A stretch of 64,000 bases of DNA from Felis catus (lineage: Eukaryota), in NCBI RefSeq assembly GCF_018350175.1, contig NC_058368.1, positions 87,608,001 to 87,672,000 of the forward strand. The letters run 5' to 3'. The stretch's first letter is position 1, and each line of letters starts with the position of its first letter. Position numbers and translations under genes: made by a program. The notes under the pieces were generated by a model. The model did not search any database and had not been told where the DNA came from. It was given only the letters and a program-made list of their open reading frames with translations. Of this stretch, positions 1-13,563 are shown one piece after another.

Positions 1-320
1 TTTGTTGATTTTCCGTCTGGATGATACATACATTGATGTATGTATTAATACTGCCGTATTAAAAGCCCTACTATTATTGTATTATTGTCGGTCTCTTGTT
101 TCACTTGCTTCCCATATTTGGCTGCTCCCTTTTGAGTGCATCAGTATTTATCATTATATCCTCTTGCTCAGCCATTTACTTTATCATTATGTAGTGTTCT
201 TCTTTGTCTCTTGCAACAGTGTGTGTTTTAAAGTATGCTTTGTCTGATATAAGTATTCCTCCTCCAGATTTCTTTTAGCTTCCATTCTCCTGGAGCATCT
301 TTTCATATACCTGCTTGCCA
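1..320 (-). mobile_element. Old LINE-1 fragment (ORF2 endonuclease region), degraded
   Basis: TTTGTCTGATATAAGTATTCCTCCTCCAGATTTCTTT (~239-276) matches the antisense L1 ORF2 '[11 protein letters not shown]' region seen in the younger copies at ~35356-35395 and ~14983-15020. Confidence 0.65.
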
Positions 321-367
321 TGTGGACATTTTCTTTTGAAAATTATTTATTCATGTTTGTTGCACAT

Positions 368-493
368 TTAAAAAATGTTTATTTGTTTATTTGGAGAGAG
401 AGAGAATCCCAAACAGCCTCCCTGAGTCAGTGCAGAGCCAGATGCAGGGCTTGACTTCTTAAATGCTTGATCAACTGAGCCCCAGGTGCCCCA
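368..493 (-). mobile_element. Can-SINE, internally deleted/old
   Basis: TTTATTT tail, (GA)n, AATCCCAAACAG..., ends CAACTGAGCCCCAGGTGCCCC (reverse complement of the GGGGCACCTGG SINE head). Confidence 0.8.
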
Positions 494-519
494 TTTCTTG
501 CCCATTTTTAATCATTTTT

Positions 520-575
520 ATATCTATCTATCTATCTATCTATCCATCAACTTCTGTGTATCATGTATCTATCTA
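520..575. repeat. (TCTA)n tetranucleotide microsatellite, imperfect
   Basis: tatctatctatctatctatctatcc directly visible. Confidence 0.85.
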
Positions 576-789
576 CTGGTCTTTTTGTTTATTTATTTTT
601 TGTTTTGTTTTGTTCTGTTTTTCTATGAAGGGAGCTCTCAGATTTCTAAGCATTCAAGGAAGTCACCTGAATCTGAACAATTCCATCTCTGTCCACGAGG
701 TGGCAATAAGCATTTCTCTCTCAAGCCCATTTCTTTTTGTTTTTGTTTTTGTATAAATATTTTAAAATATTTTCTCAAACACTACTTTT

Positions 790-3520
790 TTAAGTTTTTG
801 TCTTAATTCCAGTTAGTTAAAATACAGTGTTATATTACTTTCAGGTGTACAGTATAGTGATTCCACAATTTTATACATCAACCTATGTTCATCACAAGTG
901 CATTTCTTAGTCCTTATCACTTATTTAACAAAATCTCAACCCCCCTTCTGTGAACCGTCAGTTTGTTTTGTATCATTAAAAGTCTATTTATTGGTTTGTA
1001 TAATTCCTTCTTCCTTTGTTTTTTTGTTTTGATTCTTAAATTCCACATATGAGTGAAATCATATGGTATTTGTCTTCCTCTGAGTTACTTATTTTGCTTA
1101 GCTTTATACCCTCTACCTCCATCCATGTCATTGCAAATGGCAAGATTTCATTCATTTTTAAGGATGAATAATATTCCATTATGTGTGTGTATATACATAT
1201 AAACATATGGCATATATATGTGTGTATGATGTATAAACACAGATATATATGGCACATCTTTTTTTTAAATTTAGTGATTCATCACTTATACATAACACCC
1301 AGTGCACATCATAACAAGGATAACACAGCTTCTTTATCTACTGACCAACTAATGGATACTTGGGTACCACTGCTTCTTTACCTACTGTTCAACTGATGGA
1401 TACTTAGGCTTTTCCATATTTTGAGTACATAAAAATGCTGCCATAAAAATAGGAGTGCATGTATCCCTTTGAATGAGTGTTTTCGTATTCTTTTGGTAAA
1501 TTCCAAGTAGTGTGATTGCTGGATTATAGGGTAGTTCTGTTTTTAACTTTTTAAGGAACCTCCATACTGTTTGCCAAAGTTGCTGCACCACCTTGCATTC
1601 TCAAAAACAGTGCATGAGGGCTCATTTTTCTATACAACCTCACAACACCTGTTGTTTCTTCTGTTGTTGAATTAAGCCATTCTGAAAGGTGTGAGGTGAT
1701 ATCTCATTGTAGTTTTGATTTGCAGTTCCCAGATGCTAAGTGATGATAAGCATCATTTCATGTGCTGTTGGCCATCTGCATGTCTTCTTTGGGGAAATAT
1801 CTATTCATTTCTTCTGCCAATATTTGTTTAACAAAAAAAGTTTACATATTTATTTTGATAGAGATTGAGCAAGTGAATGGGAAGGGCAGAGAGAGGAGAG
1901 ATAGAGAATCCCAAGCAGCTCTGCACTATCAGCATGGAGATCAATCTTAAAAACAATGAAATCATGACTTGAGCTGAAATCAAGGGTCAGTCACGTAATC
2001 AACTGAACCATCTATATGCCCCAATATTTTTTTCAATTTTTAACTTTAATTCCAGTTAGTTAACATATAGTGTTATATTAGTTTCAAGGGTACAATATAA
2101 TGATTCAACACTTCTATACCACAACACACCCTTCTATACCACCACACCCAATGCTCATTACAACAAATGAACACCTTAATTACCATCATCTATTTAACCC
2201 ATCCTCCCACCCATCTCCCCTCCAGTTACCCTCAGTTTGTTCTCTAAAGAATCAAGAATCTGTTTATTGGTTTGCCTTCATTTCTCCCCCATCACTTATT
2301 TAACCAACTCTCAACACCACTTCTGTGAACCATCGTTTTGTTTTGTATCATTTGCAGTCTATTTCTTGGTTTGTGTTTCCTCTTTCACTTTTTTCTTTGT
2401 TGTTTTTTTTTTTTGTTTCTTAAATTTCACATATGAGAGAAATTATATGGTATTTGTCTTTCTCTGACTTATTTTGCTCAGCATAATATACTCTAGGTCC
2501 ATCCATATCATTGCAAATAGCAAGATTTCATTCTTTTTGATGGCTGAGTAATAGTTCATCATATATATATACACGTACATACCACATTTTCTTTATCCAT
2601 TCATCAGTCAATGGACACATCAGCTCTTTGAATAGCTTGGCTATTGTTGGTAATATTGTTATGAACATTGGAGTTCATGTACCCCTTCAAATCAGATGTG
2701 TCATTTGCAAATATCTGCTTCCATTTCATGGGTTGTCTTTTAGTTTTGTTGATTGTTTCCTTCACTTTTGAGAACTTTTTATTTTGTTTCCAACAGATTA
2801 TTTTTGCTTTTGTTTCCCTTACCTCAGGAGACATATCTAATAAGAAGTTGCTATGGCTGATGTAAAAAATGTTACTGCCTGTGTTGTCCTCTATGGTTTT
2901 AATGGTTTCCTATATCACATTTAGGTCTTTCATCCATTTTGAGTGTATTTTTTGTAATTGTATAAGAAAGTGGGACAGTTTCATTCTTTTGCATGTTGCT
3001 GCCCAATTTTCCCAACACCATTTGTTGAAGGGACTGCCTTTTTTCCACTGGATATTCTTTCCTTCTTTGTCAAAGATTAATTGACCATGTAGTTGTAGGT
3101 GCATTTCTGGGTTTTCCATTCTGTTCCATTGATCTATGTGTCTGTTTTTGTGCCAGTACCATACTGTCTTGATCACTACAATTTTGTAATATAACTTAGT
3201 CTGGATTTGTGATGCCTCTAGCTTCGCTTTTCTTTTTAAGGTTGTTTTGGCTCTGAAGGGCTGTTTTTGGTTCCATATAAATTTTAGAATTGTTTGTTCT
3301 AGCTCTGTGAAAAATGCTGGTGGTATTTTGATAAGGATTGCATTAAATGTGTAGATTGCTTTCAGTAATGTAGACATTTAAACAATATTTATTCTTCAAA
3401 TCAATAAGCATGAAATATTTTCCATTTATTTGTGTCTTCTTCGATTTCTTTCACAAGTATTCTATAGTTTTCAGAGTATAGATTTTTTACCTCTTTGGTG
3501 AGGTTTATTCCTTCGTATCT
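790..3520 (-). mobile_element. Stack of older carnivore L1 3'-end/ORF2 C-terminal fragments
   Basis: Repeated L1 3'UTR openings (TTCCAGTTAGTTAA at ~807 and ~2051); minus ORFs 1036-1257, 1382-1591 and 2910-3377 encode L1 ORF2 C-terminal motifs ([38 protein letters not shown]). Confidence 0.9.
1835..2022 (-). mobile_element. Can-SINE (old)
   Basis: AGAGAATCCCAAGCAG..ATCATGACTTGAGCTGAAATCAAG..AACTGAACCA..GCCCC. Confidence 0.8.
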
Positions 3521-3521
3521 A

Positions 3522-3554
<33 letters not shown>

Positions 3555-6500
3555 ACCTCTTCTTTACCCATTTATCAGTTGATGGACATTTGGATTCTCT
3601 CCATTCTCCATAGTTGGAGATAATGATGCTATTGTTGATAATAATGCTATAAAAATTGGGGTGAAAGTACCCCTTTGAGTCTGCATTTTTGTATCCTTTG
3701 GATAAATATCTAGTAGTACAATTGTTAGGTCATATGGTAGTTCTATTTTTAGTTTTTGTGAGGAACCTAGACACTGTTCTCCAGAGTGGCTGCACCAGTT
3801 TGTATTCCCACAAACAGTGTAAGATGGTTCCCCTTTCTCTGGATCCTCACCACCACCTGTTATTTCTTATGTTGTTAATTTAGACATTCTGACAGGTATG
3901 AGATGGTGTCTCTTTGTGGTTTTGATTTGTGTTTCTCTAATAATGAGTGAGGTAAGTATCTTTTTACATGTCTGTTAGCCATCTGGATGTCTTCTTTGGA
4001 AAAGTGTCTATTCATGTTTTCTGCTCATTTCTTACTGTGTTGTTTGGTTTTGAGTGTTAAGATATTTATAGTTTTGGACACTGACCCATTATCTGATGTG
4101 TTATTTATAAATATCTTCTCCCATTCTTTAGGCTACCTTTTAGTTCCTTCACTGTGCACAAGGTTTTATCTTGAAGTCCCAATATTTCATGCTTGCTTTT
4201 GTTTCCCTTGACTCCAGAGATGTGTCTAGTAAGAAGTTGCTCTGGCCAAAGTGAAGGAGGTTGCTACCTATATTCTCCTCTAGGTTTTTGATGATTTCCT
4301 GTGTCACATTTAGGTCTTTCACCCATTTTGAATTTGTTCAAACACCATTTGTTGAACAGACTGTCTTTATCTCATTGGATAGTCTTTCCCGCTGTGTCAA
4401 AGATGAGTTGACCATATAGTTGTGGGTCCATTTCTGGATTTTCTATTCTGTTCCATTGATCTGTGTGTCTGTTTCTATGTCAGTACCATGCTGTCTTGAT
4501 GATTACAGCTTTGTAATATAGCTTGACATCCAGAATTCTGAAGCCTTTAGTTTTTTTTTTTTTTCTTCAGGATTGCTTTAGTTATTTTCTTCCAACCCAG
4601 GTGAATGGAATGCTTTTCCATTTCTTTGTGTCCTCTTCAATTTCTTTTCTAAGGTTCTATAGTTTTCAGAATAGAGATATTTCAGTTCTTTATTTAGGTT
4701 TATTCCTTAACATCATTGTTTTTGGTGCAATTATAAATTTATCAATTATTTTGTTTATTTTACTGCTGCTTCAGTGTTGATATATAGAAATGCAACAGAT
4801 TTCTGCACATTGATTTTATATTGTAAGACTTTGATGAATTCATGTATTAATTCTAGCAATTTTTTGGTGACGTCAATCAGTCTTCTACATACAGTAGTAT
4901 GTAGTATGTAGAAATCACATCTGCAAAGAGTGAAAGTTTGACTTCTTCATTGTCCATTTGTTTCCCTCTATTTCTTTTTGTCATCTTATTGCTCAGGGTA
5001 AGACTTCCAGTACTACGTTACATAGTAATGGTGAGAGTGAGCATCCACATCTTATTCCTGATCATAGGGTAAAGGCTCTCACTTTTCCTCATTGAGATGA
5101 TATTACCTATGAGTCTTTTTTTTAATTTCAATCCAAATTAGTTAACTTATAGTGTAGTATTGGTTTCAGGAGTAGAAGTTAGTGATTCATGACTTACATA
5201 TAACATCCAGTGCTCATCCCAACAAGTGTCCTTCTTATTGCCCATCACCCACTTGGCCCACACCCTCACCCACCTCCCAATCCAGCAATTCTCAGTTTGT
5301 TCTCTGTCTTTAAAGGTCTCTTATGGATTGCATCCCTCTATTTTATCTTATATTTCCATCTCTTCTTATCTGTTCATCTGTTGTATTTCTTAAATTCTGC
5401 ATATGAGTGAAATATATGATACTTGTTTCTCTCTGACTTATTTTGCTTCACATAATGCACTTTAGTTCTATCCACATAGTTGTAAATGGCAAGATTTTAT
5501 TTATTGATTGATTGATCTCTGAGTAGTTTTCCCTCTTCTTTACCTCATCTTCTTTATCAATTCATCAGTCAATGGACATTTGGCTCTTTCCATAATTTGG
5601 CTATTGTTGATAGTGCTGCTATAAACATTGGGGTGCATATGCCCCTGTGAATCAGCATTTCTTGTCCTTTGGATAAATACCCAGTAGTGCAATTGTTGGG
5701 TCATAGGGTAGTTCTATTTTAATTTTTTGAGGGACTTCCATATTGGTTTTCAGAGTGACTACACCTCTTTGCATTCCTCCCAACAGTGCAAACAGATTCT
5801 GCTTTCTCTGCTTCCTCTCAAACATCTGTTGTTACCTGAGTTGTTAATTTTAGCCATTCTTACAGGTGTGAGGTGGTATCTCATTGTGGTTTTGATTTGT
5901 ATTTCCTTCATGGTGAATGATGTTTGAACATCTTTTCACATCTCTGTTCACCATCTGGATGTCTTCTTTGGAAAAGTGTCTATTCATGTCTCTGTCCATT
6001 TTTTTTCACTGGGTTATTTATTTTTTGGGTGTTGAGTTTGGTAAGTTCTTTATAAATTTTGATACTAACCCTTTATCTGATATGTCATGTGGAAATATCT
6101 TCTCCCACTCCGTTGGGTGTCTTTTAGTTTTGTTGGTTGTTTCCATTGCTGTGCAGAAAATTTTATCTTGATGGGGTCCCACGAGTTCATTTTTGCTTTT
6201 ATTTCCATTGCCTTCAGAGACATGTCTAATAAGAAGTTGCTGAGGCCAAGGCCAAAGAGGTTGTTGCCTGTGTTCTGCTCTTAAATTTTGATAGTTTCCT
6301 GTCTCACATTAAATTTTTCACCCATTTTGAATTTATTTTTGTGTATGGTATAAGAAAATGATCCAGTTTTATTTTGCTTGTTGCTCTCTAGTTTTCCCAG
6401 CACCACTTGCTTAAGAGACTGTCTGTTTTCCATTGGATATTCTTTCCTGTTTTGTTGAAGATTGTTTGGCCATACATTTGTGGGTCCATTTTTGGGTCAT

Positions 6501-8311
6501 TTATTCTGTTCCATTGAACTATGTGTCTGTTTTATGCCAGGACCATACTGCCTTGATGGTTGGAGCTTTGTAATACAGCTTGAAGTTTAATACAGCCTGA
6601 AGTCCAGAACTGTGATGCCTTCAGCTTTGGTTTTCTTTTTCAATATTGCTTTAGGTATTTGAGGACTTTTGTGGTTCCAAAAAAATTTTAGAATCACTTG
6701 TTCTAACTCTGTGAGGAATGCTGGTGTTATTTTGAATAGGGACATTGAATATGTAGATTGCTTTGGATAGTACCAACATTTGAACAACATTTCTTCTTCT
6801 AATCCATGAGCATCGGATGTTTTTCCATTTCTTTGTGTCTTCTTCAATTTCTTTCACAAGCTTTCTACAGTTTTCAGTGCATAGATCTTTTATCACTTTG
6901 GTTAGGTTTATTCCTAGGTATTTTACGGTTTTCGGTGCCATTGTAAATGGAATCAATTCCCTAATTTCTCTTTCTGCTGCTTTGTTATTGGTGTATGGAA
7001 ATGCAGCCAATTTCTGTACATTGATTTTACATCCTATGACTTTGCTGAATTCATGTATCAGTTCTAGCAATTTTTTTGGTGGAGTCTTTTGAGTTTTCCT
7101 CATAGAGAATCATGTCGTCTGCAAAGAATAGAAGTTTGATTCTTCCTTGCCAATTTGTATGCATTTTTTCCTTTTTGTTGTATGATTGCTGAAGCTTGGA
7201 TTTCCAGTATGATGTTGAACAACAGAGGTGAGAATGGACATCCTTGTCATGTTCCTGACCTTAGGGGGAAACCTCTCATTTTTCCTCCATTGAGGTTTAT
7301 ATTAGCGGTGGGCCTTTTGTATATGGCCTTTATGAGGTTGAGGTATGTTCCTTCTATTCCTATTTTCTTGAGGGTTGGTATCAAGAAAGGATGCTTTGTT
7401 TTGTCAAATGATTTTCCTATATCTGTTGACAAGATCATGTGACTCTTAACATTTCTTCTATTAATGTGGTGTATCACACAGATTGATTTGTGGATATTGA
7501 AACAGACTTGTTCCCAGAAATATATCCCACTTGCTCGTAGTAAATAATTCTTTTAATGTGCTGTTTGATTAGATATGCTATTATCTGGTTGAGAGATTTT
7601 GCTTCCATGTTCTTTAGGGTAATTGGTCTGTAATTATCCTTTTTATTGGGGTCTTTGCCTGGTTTTGGAATCAAGGTTATTCTGACTTCATAGAATGAGT
7701 TTGGAAGTTCCCTTTCATTTTGTGGAACAGTACCAAAGAATAGGTATTTACTCTTCTTTAAGTATTTGATAGAACTCCCCTGGTGAGCCATCAAACCCTG
7801 GACTCTCATTGTTGGGAGATTTTGATTACTGATTCAATTACTTTTTTGATCACAGGTCTGTTCAAATTTTCTGTATCTTCCTGTTTCAGTTTTGGTAGTT
7901 TATATGTTTCTAGAAATGTATCCATTTCTTCCAGATCATCCAATTTTTTGGCATATAATTGTTCATAATATTTTCTTATTATTGTTTGTATTTCTGTGGC
8001 ATTGGTTGTGATATCTCCTCTTTCATTTGTGATTTTATTCCTTTGTTGTTTTCCTTTTTATTTTTGATAAATCTAGATAAGAGTTTAATGATTTTGTTAA
8101 TTCTTTCAAAGAACCAGCTCCTAGTTTTGTTGATCTATTCTACTGGTTTTTTTTTTATTTCAACATAATCAATTTCCTCTCTAATCTCTTTATTTCCTTT
8201 ATTCTGCTGGTTTGGGGCTTTATTTGGTATTCTTTTTCCAGCTCCTTTAAGTGTAAGGAGAGATTGTGTATTTGAGACATTTCTTCTTTCTTCTTCTTCT
8301 TCCTCTTTCTA

Positions 8312-8510
8312 TTATTAGTTTATTTATTTATATTCAGATTGAGAGAGTAGGAATGAGGGAGGGACAGAGAGGGAGTGAAAGGATCCCAAGCAAGCTCCAC
8401 CCTATCAGCATAGAGCCTGATGCAGGCCTCAAACTTGTGAACTGTAAAATAATAACTTGAGTGGAAAACAAGAGTTGGATGCTTAACTGACTGAGCCACT
8501 CAGGCACCCC
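8312..8510 (-). mobile_element. Can-SINE
   Basis: Ends CTGAGCCACTCAGGCACCCC; (GA)-rich segment; TTTA tail. Confidence 0.9.
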
Positions 8511-9244
8511 AAGATTACATCTTGTTTGTAGCATTTTTAATTTTGGCCTGACTAGATTTTAGTTATTTTCTCTCTGCAGAAATGTATTCTCTGTTGTCTT
8601 CTATGTTTTTTTCAACCCCAGCTGGTATTTTTATAATCATGGTTTTAAATTCTTGTTCAGACATCTTACTTACATCTGTGTTGATTAAATCCCTGACTGT
8701 CATTTATTCCTGTTCTTGCTTTTTGAGTTAATTACCCCATTTTGTCATTTTGGAGGTAGGAAAAAATTCATAAAATAAAATAGTTAATAAAACGAAACAA
8801 ATCAAATAAAGGAAGATAGATCTTAGGTATGTTTTGGTCTGCCTGTTGAGAGAAGCTTGATAGAAACTAGCAAAAAAGAGAAAGGAAATATATAGTTAAT
8901 TTTTTTAATTAAAAAAAATAAAATTATGCTAAATAAAATAAAATAGAACAAAAATTTGCTATTTCTGTATCCAAGAAAGAAAAAGAGAAGAAACAAAGAA
9001 GAAAGAAAACAAGAGTAAAGCAGAAACAAGAGTAAAGAAAACAAAGGAACAAGCAAATGGAATGAAACCTGAATGAGGCTAGATCCAGTCTCACTTTTGC
9101 AGCACCCTATGGTCTATAGAGTAAGTAAGTGGAAGGGACTTGTGCTGGTCTTCTTAGGGATGTGCTTGGAGGGTGCCGGTGGGTGGGGTTTGATGTAATG
9201 GCTCCATCTCCACTTGGTGGCACTCATTAGCTCACTGAGGTCAT

Positions 9245-9255
9245 TGTGTGTGTGT

Positions 9256-9292
<37 letters not shown>
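9245..9292. repeat. (TG)n microsatellite
   Basis: Directly visible. Confidence 0.95.
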
Positions 9293-9293
<1 letters not shown>

Positions 9294-10970
9294 TAGAGGT
9301 GAATATAGCTTCACTCTGCTCTCTAGTCTCTGGTGTGGGAATATCGTGCACTTGCAGACACATGATCAATCAGCCTTTCTTTCCTTCAGGCTTCTGTCTG
9401 CTCCCCACATTTACCTTGTCTGTGTTCAAGCTGTATACCTGCCAGGTGGCGCCTCCTTCCAGAGTTTTATCTCATATGGGGCTCTGTTTCAAAACTCACA
9501 CTTCATAGACCCCTGAAGCTTGGAGTCACACTGATTCTCTGGGGAAGGGCCTCAGCAAACAATGGCTGGGTATCAACTTTTCCCAGAAAATGTTTGTGCA
9601 CTTGCATGGTGGCAGAGGCTCAGAGATTATGGTAAATCACAACATACAACTGGCATCAGGTTTTGTTGCACTCTGGCAACTTGATTCCAATATCAGTAAA
9701 CATAGCAACTCTCTGGGTTCTCCTGGGACTTGTGCCTGCAGGGAGGCTGTATGGCCACTACCAAATGCACTCCAAGCAGAGGAACCACTTCCCCCCTTGT
9801 GCCACACAGATCCCTCAGACTGCACATCCTGCTCCTGGGGATTCACTATAGTTCCTCACCAGAACACCGGTAGGCACTGTGATCTGAAATTTCAGACTCT
9901 GTGCTCCAATGTATAGAAAAATGGTAATACTGAAACCCTCTCCTTTCTCCTTGTTAATGGCTTTGGGGAACATAATTCTTGTCCACTTCCCTGCGAGTTT
10001 GTTCATTCTTTCTCTCTCTCTTTCTCTCCAGCTACTTTCAGGGGGAGTGCATTTCTTATTTGATTCCGATGCACTCTCTCTCTCTTTCACTTTCTCCGTT
10101 TTCTTTCCATAAAAATGGCTCCCTATCTTCTGTGGCACAGAAGTTTTTTCTCTCCCCCAATTCACCTCTCCGCATTGTGTAGCTGCCAAGTTCTCTTGCT
10201 TAAGTTATACAGAGTGTTGCATTAATCCTCAGACAAGTTTCCTATGTGTTCAGAATGGTGCTGATCTGGCTGTGTTTCAGGAACAAGACAAGCTCAGGGT
10301 TCTCTTACTACTCTGCCATCTTAACTCCTTTCCCAGCTGTATGTCTTTCTTATGTCACTTTTATGATGTTGAGGTATATTCCATCTATTTCTATTTTGTG
10401 AGGTTTCTTATCAGGAATTGTATTTTGTCAAATGCTTTTTCTGCATCTATTGAGAGGATCATATGGTTTCTTTCATTAACATGGTGGATCACATTGATTG
10501 ATTTGCAGATATTGAGTGATTGCTGCAGCCCAATAATAAATCCCACTTGATCGTGGTGAAGAAATCTTTTAATGTACTGTTTATTTCAATTTGTCAGTAT
10601 CTTGAAAATATTTGCATCGATGTTCATCAGGGATATTGTCCTGTAATTTCCTTTTTAATGATGTCTTTGATTGGTTTTGGAATCAAGGTAATGCTGATCT
10701 TGAGGAATGAGTTTGGAAGTTTTCCTTTCCTTTCCTTTCCTTTCCTTCTATTTTTTTTTTTTGAACAGCTTGAAAAGAATAGGTATTATCTCTTTTTTTT
10801 CTTAAAAATATTTATTTAAATTCAACTTGGTTAAAATAAAGAGTACTTATGGTTTTAAGGGTAGAGCCTAAAGTGCCCTCCTTAATGCCCATCACTCATT
10901 TTGACCCTTCCTTAGCCACCTCCCTTCCAACAACCCTTAGTTTGCTGTCTGTATTTAAGAGTCTCTTATG

Positions 10971-11167
10971 GGGGCGCCTGGGTGGCTCAGTCGGTTAAGC
11001 GGCCGACTTCAGCTCAGGTCATGATCTTGCAGTCCGTGAGTTCGAGCCCCGCGTCGGGCTCTGTGCTGACAGCTCAGAGCCTGGAGCCTGTTTCAGATTC
11101 TGTGTCTCCCTCTCTCTGACCCTCCCCCGTTCATCCTCTGTCTCTCTCTGTCTCAAAAATAAATAAA

Positions 11168-11203
<36 letters not shown>

Positions 11204-11209
11204 AAAAAT
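10971..11209 (+). mobile_element. Can-SINE, young (CpG-rich), with TSD
   Basis: GGGGCGCCTGGGTGGCTCAGTCGGTTAAG head; GTTCGAGCCCC B-box; (CT) region; (TAAA)n tail; TSD AAGAGTCTCTTATG. Confidence 0.97.
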
Positions 11210-11227
11210 AAGAGTCTCTTATGGTTT

Positions 11228-11450
11228 GGGGTGCCTGGGTGGCTCAATTGGTTAGGTGACCAACTTCAGCTCAGGTCATGATCCCACAGTTCATGGGTTT
11301 GAGCCCCACATTGGGCACTGTACTAAACACTTGTTCAGAGCCTAGAGCCTGCTGCAGATTCTGTGTCTTCTTCTCTCTCTGCCCCTCCCTCATTTGTGCT
11401 GTGTCTCACTCTGTCTCTCAAAAATAAATAAATGTAAAAAAAAAAAATTA
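11228..11450 (+). mobile_element. Can-SINE, older, with TSD
   Basis: GGGGTGCCTGGGTGGCTCA head; A tail; TSD AAGAGTCTCTTATGGTTT at 11210-11227 and 11451-11468. Confidence 0.95.
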
Positions 11451-11677
11451 AAGAGTCTCTTATGGTTTGCCTTCCTCTGTTTTTATCTTATTTCTCCTTC
11501 CCTTCCCCTATGTTTATCTGTTCTGTTTTTTTAAATTCTACATCTGAGTGAAATAGTGAAATCATATGATACTTTTCTTTCTCTGACTTATTTTGCTTAA
11601 CATAATACAGTCTTCTTCCATCCACATTGTTGCAAATGGCAAGATTTCATTCTTTTTGATTGCTTAGTAATATTCCA

Positions 11678-11741
11678 TTGCATGCATGCGCGCGTGTGTG
11701 TGAGCGTGTGCACGTGTGTGCGTGCGTGTGTGCACACACAT
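11678..11741. repeat. Mixed (TG/CG/CA)n alternating purine-pyrimidine tract
   Basis: tgcatgcatgcgcgcgtgtgtgtgagcgtgtgcacgtgtgtgcgtgcgtgtgtgcacacaca. Confidence 0.85.
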
Positions 11742-13382
11742 ACCACATCTTCTTTATCCATCACTTGATGGAAATTTGGCCTCTTTCCATACTTTGGCTA
11801 TTGTGTATGGTGCTGCTATAAACATTGGGGTGCATGTGCCCCTTTGAACCAGCATATTTGTATCCTTTGGATAAATACCCAGTTGTGCAGTTGCTGGCTT
11901 GTAGTGTAGATCTATTTTTTTAATTTTTCGAAGAACTTCCATACTGTTTTCCAGAGTGGCTGCACCAGTTAGCATTCCCTCCAACAGTGTAAAAGTGTTC
12001 CATTTTCTAGGCATGCTCATCAACATCTGTTTTTTCCTGAGTTGTTCGTTTCAGCCGTTCTGACAGGTGTGAGGTGTTATCTCATCATGGTTTTGATTTG
12101 TATTTCTCTGAGGATGAGTAATATAGAACATTTTTCATGTGTCTGTTAGCCATCATCTTCTTTGGAAAAGTGTCTATTCATGTCTTCTGTCCATTTCTTT
12201 TTCACTGGGTTATTTGCTTTTTAGGTGTTGAGTTTGGTAAGTTCTTTATAGATTTTGGATACCAACCCTCTATCTGATATATCATTTGCAAATATCTTCT
12301 TCCATTCTGTTTGGTGCCTTTTAATTTTGTCTATTGTTTCCTTTTTTGTGCGGAAGCTTTTTATCTTGATGAGGTACCAAGAGATAGTTGTTACTTGTCT
12401 CCCATTTATTTGAGTGATACCAGTTATAAATAAAGTGATACCATTTATTTGAATCCATCTCTTTTTTTCTTGTTAAGTCTGGGTAGGGTGTTTTCAGTCT
12501 CCTTATTTTTTTTTAAAAGAACCAGCTGCTGATTTTGTTGATCTGTTCTACTGTTTTTTGTTTGTTTGTTTCTATACCATTTATTTCTTTTCCAGTCTTT
12601 ATTTCCATTCTTCTGCTGGCTTTAGGCTTTATTTGCTGTTCCTTTTCTATCTCCTTTATGTATAAGGATGGATTGTGTGTTTGGGACCTTTATTGCTTAT
12701 TGAGATAAGCCTTAATTGCAATGTAATTTCCTCTCAGGACTTTCTTTGCTGTATCCCAAAGATTTTAGGCTGTAATGTTGTTTTTTTTTTTCATTTACTT
12801 CCATGTATGTTTTAAAAATTCTTCTTTAGCTTACTGGTTATCCCATTCATCCTTTTATAGGGTGTTCTTTAACCTCCATGTTTTGAGGACTTTCCATATA
12901 TTTTCTTGTGGTTGATTTTGAGTTTCATAGCATTGTGATATGAAAATATGCATGGTATCCATCTTCTATACTTCTTGAGGCCAGTTTGTAACCCAGTGTG
13001 TTATCTATTCTGGAGAATGGTCCATGTGCACTCAGGAATAATGTGTATTCTGTTGCTGTAGGATGAAATGTTCTGAATATATCTGTTAAGACCATCCAGA
13101 CTAGTATGTCATTCAAAGCTATTGTTTCCTTGTTGATTTTCTGGTTAAATGATCTGTCCATTGCTGTAAATGGGATGTTAAAGTTCCCTACTGTTATTGT
13201 ATTTTTATGAATGAGTTTCTTTATGTTTGTGATTAATTGATTTATATATTTGGGTGCTTTCAAGTTGGGGACATATATATTCACAATTGTTAGATCCTCA
13301 TGATGGATACACCTCTTAATTATGATATAATGCCCTTCTTCATCTCTTGTTATAATTTTTTATTTGAAAATCTAGTTTGTCT

Positions 13383-13563
13383 CCAGGACGCCTAGGTGAC
13401 ACATTCAGTTAAGCACCTGACTGTTGATTTTGGCTCAGGTCATAATCTCACGGTTCACGAGATAAAGTCTGCACTGACAGCATGAATCCTGCTTGGGATT
13501 CTCTCTCTACCTTTCTCTCTGCCTCTCCTCCAATATCTTTCTATCTCAAAATAAATAAATCAA
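13383..13563 (+). mobile_element. Can-SINE whose A-tail is interrupted by a young L1 (tail resumes ~14963-14973)
   Basis: SINE body; 16-bp TSD AAAATCTAGTTTGTCT at 13367-13382 and 14974-14989. Confidence 0.9.

Larger units (their letters stand above)
5120..10330 (-). mobile_element. Second older L1 with 5' end, nested in the previous one; internal deletion near 8.3-8.5 kb
   Basis: Poly-T and 3'UTR at 5116-5400; ORF2 fragments 6587-7809 ([24 protein letters not shown]); 5' end CTCTGCCATCTT at ~10311-10322; host L1 resumes at ~10335. Confidence 0.85.
10795..12380 (-). mobile_element. 5'-truncated L1 (3'UTR plus ORF2 C-terminus) nested in host L1
   Basis: T-rich tail ~10793; ORF 11754-12026 ([15 protein letters not shown]). 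Confidence 0.85.

Noticed and set aside
10971..11060. tRNA gene
   Set aside because: A/B boxes belong to the tRNA-derived head of Can-SINEs; no independent tRNA seen
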